The notes under the pieces: model-generated
What the model was told of the DNA's origin: nothing
Database searches by the model: none
Seen by the model: the letters and a program-made list of their open reading frames with translations, nothing else
Part shown: piece after piece, positions 60,076 through 64,000 of the stretch
Layout: every line of letters begins with the position of its first letter
How positions within the stretch are numbered: the first letter of the stretch is position 1
Position numbers and translations under genes: made by a program
Assembly: GCA_965215885.1 (NCBI GenBank)
Contig: CBDCEW010000100.1
Coordinates: forward strand, 32,001 to 96,000
Length of the DNA: 64,000 bases
Direction: 5' to 3'
Source: Candidatus Moanibacter sp.
Lineage (GTDB): Bacteria; Verrucomicrobiota; Verrucomicrobiia; Opitutales; UBA2987

Positions 60076-61152
60076 TCAGCCCAAATCCAGATTAAAATCG
60101 GCGGGGTCGAGCTCGCTGTCCTCAGCCAGTCCCCGCAGACTGATCAGGACATCCTCGGGCATAAAGATGCCCTCTGTGAGGGCTTTTCCCCGCTTGTTCC
60201 ACTCCATCTCTCCAGGTAGAAAGATCGTTCCGCCTTTGGCTGGGGAGGCGCTCTTTATCTCTTTGCACATGGCGGCAATCCGGGCGTGGAAATCTTCCAG
60301 AGGCATCATGGCGCCGACGTTGATGGCCAGAAAGGCGTGCCCTTGACTCGAGGGCTTGTCAGTGTCCGCCACCCAGCTCTGCACTCCGCTCATCATCGCT
60401 GCACCTGAAAGGGTCGCCGTCAGAATCTCCACCAGCACGGCCAACCCGTAACCCTTGTGTCCAGCCATGGGCAGCTGCGCCCCCTTCTCTGGAAACTCGG
60501 TGGGATCGGTTGTGGGTATACCCTCTTCATCCGTAAGCCAAGTGTTCGGTATGCTGCGACCTTCGTTCTTGGCCGCCAGTATCTTGGTGGCCGCAACGGT
60601 GCTGGTGGCGATGTCCAGCATGATCGTGCGGTCCGTGCCGGTCGGTGCGGCGTAAGCGATCGGATTGGTCCCGAGTATCTTGCTCTTCGCCCCCGGTACT
60701 GTCATGCAAGGCTCCACGTTGCACATGGAAATACCGATCATGCCGTTCTCAGCAATCAGGTTGGCGTAAAAACCGGCAGCGCCGAAATGACTGCTGCCTC
60801 GGATGCCGATGTAGCAGATACCGCCTTCCCGGGCCTTTTTTACGGCCAAACTGGCGGCGCGGTAGGAGATGGATGGAGGCATGCCGTCGCAGGCGTCAAT
60901 AATGGCCCAAGAAGGTCCTTCGTTGACGATTTTCTCCTTAGACGCGGCGACCAGACGACCGCGCCGCGCATTTTTCATCAAGCCACGGATCTGCCGAGTG
61001 CCGTGCGTAAAGGTGCCCCAGGTATCGGTGGTGACGAAGACGCGGGCACTCAGTTCGGCATCCTCTCTGTTGAGGCCGGCTTTGACCATGGCGGCGATAC
61101 AAAAGGCCTTCAGGTCATCGGGTCGGATGCTTCTGTCGGGAGAATCAGTCAT
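60076..61152 (-). CDS. Ldh_2 family (type 2 malate/L-lactate/ureidoglycolate-like) dehydrogenase
   Basis: THG, SSHFG, GTNPIA, LDIATS, GHKGYGL, LPGE. Confidence 0.9.
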   Translation of the reverse strand: MTDSPDRSIRPDDLKAFCIAAMVKAGLNREDAELSARVFVTTDTWGTFTHGTRQIRGLMKNARRGRLVAASKEKIVNEGPSWAIIDACDGMPPSISYRAASLAVKKAREGGICYIGIRGSSHFGAAGFYANLIAENGMIGISMCNVEPCMTVPGAKSKILGTNPIAYAAPTGTDRTIMLDIATSTVAATKILAAKNEGRSIPNTWLTDEEGIPTTDPTEFPEKGAQLPMAGHKGYGLAVLVEILTATLSGAAMMSGVQSWVADTDKPSSQGHAFLAINVGAMMPLEDFHARIAAMCKEIKSASPAKGGTIFLPGEMEWNKRGKALTEGIFMPEDVLISLRGLAEDSELDPADFNLDLG

Positions 61153-61429
61153 GCATGGGGCCAATTTGGGCAAATCCTTCAGCGGTCCGTTATGCTGTCC
61201 CGGAGCCAGCCCAGGCCACTGGTTCCACTTTTCGATATTTCTCGACCACCACTGAATCCTACGTTCTCAACCGTCTGGTAATGCTATCCTGATGATTGCA
61301 GATAAGACAACAAAATAGCGAAAACACAACTGATAATCGCCACCAGTATCAACCAACCATACCAAGGAGTCGAATTGAGTGGATCCAACTCCATCATCGC
61401 GCGGTGCGTGTATCGAATCAAGATCGTTG

Positions 61430-61611
61430 CTAGCCCGCAAATTTCACAAGCCATCTGCTCCAACTGCGGATGTCACAGCGCCTCAAGGACTTACCTCGTC
61501 CGCCGACTTCCACGTGTTCCAAGACGCCGTCACCCGCCGGACTTTGGTAAGCCCCTGATCCGCGGCAACCTCCGCAGTCTCGCTTCGAAGTGTGTGAAAT
61601 ATGCGGGCTAG
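61430..61611. mobile_element. MITE-like hairpin repeat, family A (182 bp, divergent, reverse orientation)
   Basis: ctagcccgcaaatttcac ... gtgtgtgaaatatgcgggctag. Confidence 0.8.
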
Positions 61612-62459
61612 CGTCTTGCTTCATCGTTAAACGGCTCAAATAGCGCTGGATGAAACGGAATCTGATCGGAATGGTGTTTCAAGACTATCCTTTCCGCTCT
61701 CGGCTTCTTCCCGCCGGAGAGGAATCTCCTGTTTACCTCTGGGAGAGAGTTCATACACGCAACGTGATACCCTGTTGAACCAGCCGTATACGTCTCTATA
61801 CAAGATATCCCTGGCCTTTGGCTCTCCTTGTTGGCAGATCCGCTAATTTGAGAGTTTCGCACTTGCCAATCGGTTCAAACTGATACCCGATTCCGCAGCT
61901 TCCAGAGCGAGCTTTCGATGTACATCAGGAGGCACTCGAATGAGAAACCCTCCACTGTAACGCCTGCCCGTTAATACGACACAAGTCCGAGAATCGCACA
62001 TTCTTCGGATTTCTCAAAATCTTGGCGACGATCGCTTTCGATTTCGCCAAAATTATACGATACCACTATTGATATCATAGTCAGGTGCAATTTTTCTGCC
62101 ACCGATCAGGTCAGGAGTTGATTCTGATTCCGTTGAAAAACCCCCACGTTCTTGCGAACGCAGCTACAAGATCTCGTAAGTCGTTGATATTTGTAGCCGC
62201 GTTCGCAAGAACGTGGTCGAGGATTACGAAACAAGGACTTCTTCAGCAGAATCAATTCTTGATCAAACCTCTTGAAGCACTTTTGATCTCGATTCCATGC
62301 CAAGATCGCTTCGTTTTGAATATGCCGGTGCGGCACTCGATGATGTTGGAACAGATGTGGTTCTTGGCATGGCTCTAGATCTCGCCCTCTCCGTGGTCCC
62401 GCTGAGCGGACTACTTGGCCGTATTATCGTAAGACTTCCGACCTCCAATACATGCTGAG

Positions 62460-63902
62460 GTGAGCATATCCTTCGACAATACCTACGCCCGATTGCCGGA
62501 ACGGTTCTTTGCCAAACAAGAACCCGCTCAAGTTCCAAGCCCGCAGCTCATCCGGCTGAATCGTGAACTCGCCAAGCAACTCGCGATCGACCCCACTTGG
62601 CTGCAGTCCGCCGAGGGCATCGCCACGCTGGCCGGCAACACCGTTCCCGAAGGTGCGGAACCGCTCGCCCAAGCATATGCCGGGCACCAGTTCGGCGGTT
62701 TCGTGCCCAGGCTTGGCGATGGCCGCGCCATCCTGCTCGGCGAGGTCATCGATGCCGACGGCGCACGCCGCGACCTGCAACTGAAAGGCTCCGGCCACAC
62801 GCCGTTCTCACGGGGCGGCGACGGCAAAACCGCGCTCGGCCCGGTGCTCCGCGAGTACCTCGTCAGCGAAGCCATGGCTGCGCTCGGAATCCCAACTACC
62901 CGCGCACTTGCCGCCGTTACTACCGGCGAAACTGTTCGGCGCGAAACACTACTGGCGGGTGCCGTATTCACCCGCGTCGCCGCCAGCCACATCCGGGTCG
63001 GCACTTTCCAATACTTCTCTGCACGGGAAGATATCGAAGCCCTGCGTCTACTCGCGGATCACGCAATCGACCGCCATCACAGGGATGCCGCCGGCGCGTC
63101 CACTCCTTGTTTAGCACTGTTGGAGTCTGTCATTGCCGCACAGTCCAAACTCATCGCCCAATGGATGTCGGTCGGTTTTATACACGGCGTGATGAATACC
63201 GATAACGTCGCCATTTCCGGCGAGACCATCGATTTCGGCCCGTGCGCATTCATGGAAGCCTTTCACCCGGGATGCGTGTTCAGCTCCATCGACCACAGCG
63301 CCCGCTATGCCTGGGGCAACCAACCCGCCATCGCCCAGTGGAATCTGATTCGTTTTGCCGAGACTCTCCTGCCACTGATCGATGACGACGCGAGCAAAGC
63401 AACCGAACTCGCCGAGACCGCCCTCGTCGGCTTCTTCGGCCAGTTCCAAAAACACTATCTCCAAGCTTTTCGCCTAAAACTCTGCCTGCCCGACGACGGG
63501 GCGGCGTTGATCAAGGAAACCCTCGAAGTAATCGAAAGTCAGAAGGTGGACTTCACCTTGTTCTTCCGCCACCTCACTCGCGTCGCCGCAGGAGAAAGTC
63601 CCGACACCCTCGCAGCGCTGTTCGCCGATCGCGCCACCTTCGAGACTTGGCTTACGAGCTGGCGGGCGCTTGCTGACCCCGAGAAAAATCTCGCCGAGAT
63701 GCGCGCCGCCAACCCGATCCTCATTCCGCGCAACCACCGCGTCGAGCAAGCCATCCAGAGCGCCTACGCCGGCGACTTCGCCCCATTTCACCGGCTCGCT
63801 GATGCCCTGACGGAGCCCTACACTGAGCAGGACCAACATGCAGATCTGGAAGCGCCGCCCCGGCCAGAGGAAGTTGTCCACGAAACTTTCTGCGGCACCT
63901 AA
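62460..63902 (+). CDS. selO: Protein adenylyltransferase SelO (YdiU family)
   Basis: YAGHQFG, LGDGRA, LKGSG.TPFSRGGDG, GFIHGVMNTDN, TIDFGPC, C-terminal TFCGT. Confidence 0.95.
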   Translation: MSISFDNTYARLPERFFAKQEPAQVPSPQLIRLNRELAKQLAIDPTWLQSAEGIATLAGNTVPEGAEPLAQAYAGHQFGGFVPRLGDGRAILLGEVIDADGARRDLQLKGSGHTPFSRGGDGKTALGPVLREYLVSEAMAALGIPTTRALAAVTTGETVRRETLLAGAVFTRVAASHIRVGTFQYFSAREDIEALRLLADHAIDRHHRDAAGASTPCLALLESVIAAQSKLIAQWMSVGFIHGVMNTDNVAISGETIDFGPCAFMEAFHPGCVFSSIDHSARYAWGNQPAIAQWNLIRFAETLLPLIDDDASKATELAETALVGFFGQFQKHYLQAFRLKLCLPDDGAALIKETLEVIESQKVDFTLFFRHLTRVAAGESPDTLAALFADRATFETWLTSWRALADPEKNLAEMRAANPILIPRNHRVEQAIQSAYAGDFAPFHRLADALTEPYTEQDQHADLEAPPRPEEVVHETFCGT

Positions 63903-64000
63903 GTACTCGAACTCGTAAATACGGTGACGTATGCCGAGGCGATTTTGGATGCTGGGGGAGGCGGTCGAGTCGAGCAACGCTGCCCAGCGCCAAAATCGCC

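Noticed and set aside
61180..62400. Short ORFs around the last MITE
   Set aside because: No recognisable motifs; probably gene debris or non-coding sequence

Overview
Bacterial chromosomal window, probably from a Verrucomicrobiota (Opitutia-like) genome or MAG; the taxonomy is inferred from gene content and protein style, not from a search. The first ~27 kb is mostly core: the 3' half of purB, a PPi-type pfk, a cytoplasmic hybrid kinase, two tRNA-Glu genes, rpmH-rnpA-yidD-yidC-yebC, rmuC, hsp20, rsmE-rsmD-rsmE and tRNA-Gly. The remaining ~37 kb is an accessory catabolic region with six PhyH-family Fe/2OG oxygenases, GH32, a sulfatase and sugar oxidoreductases. It also holds IS elements, many gene fragments and a decayed integron. 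Main observations: (1) a tandem pair of candidate paralogous sRNA genes between rsmE and rsmD, each with an identically spaced sigmaE/ECF-like promoter, a shared 23-nt G/U-rich core, an anti-start-codon motif and its own terminator; (2) a CTAG-bounded 182-bp hairpin MITE family with compensatory changes, twice overlapping stop codons; (3) two loci where IS sequence is interleaved with host sequence, most likely consensus chimeras of polymorphic IS insertions; (4) PhyH enzymes with HxG/HxS instead of HxD, a GH32 lacking its acid/base Glu, and a secreted four-Tudor-domain protein. No CRISPR array or rRNA gene was seen.
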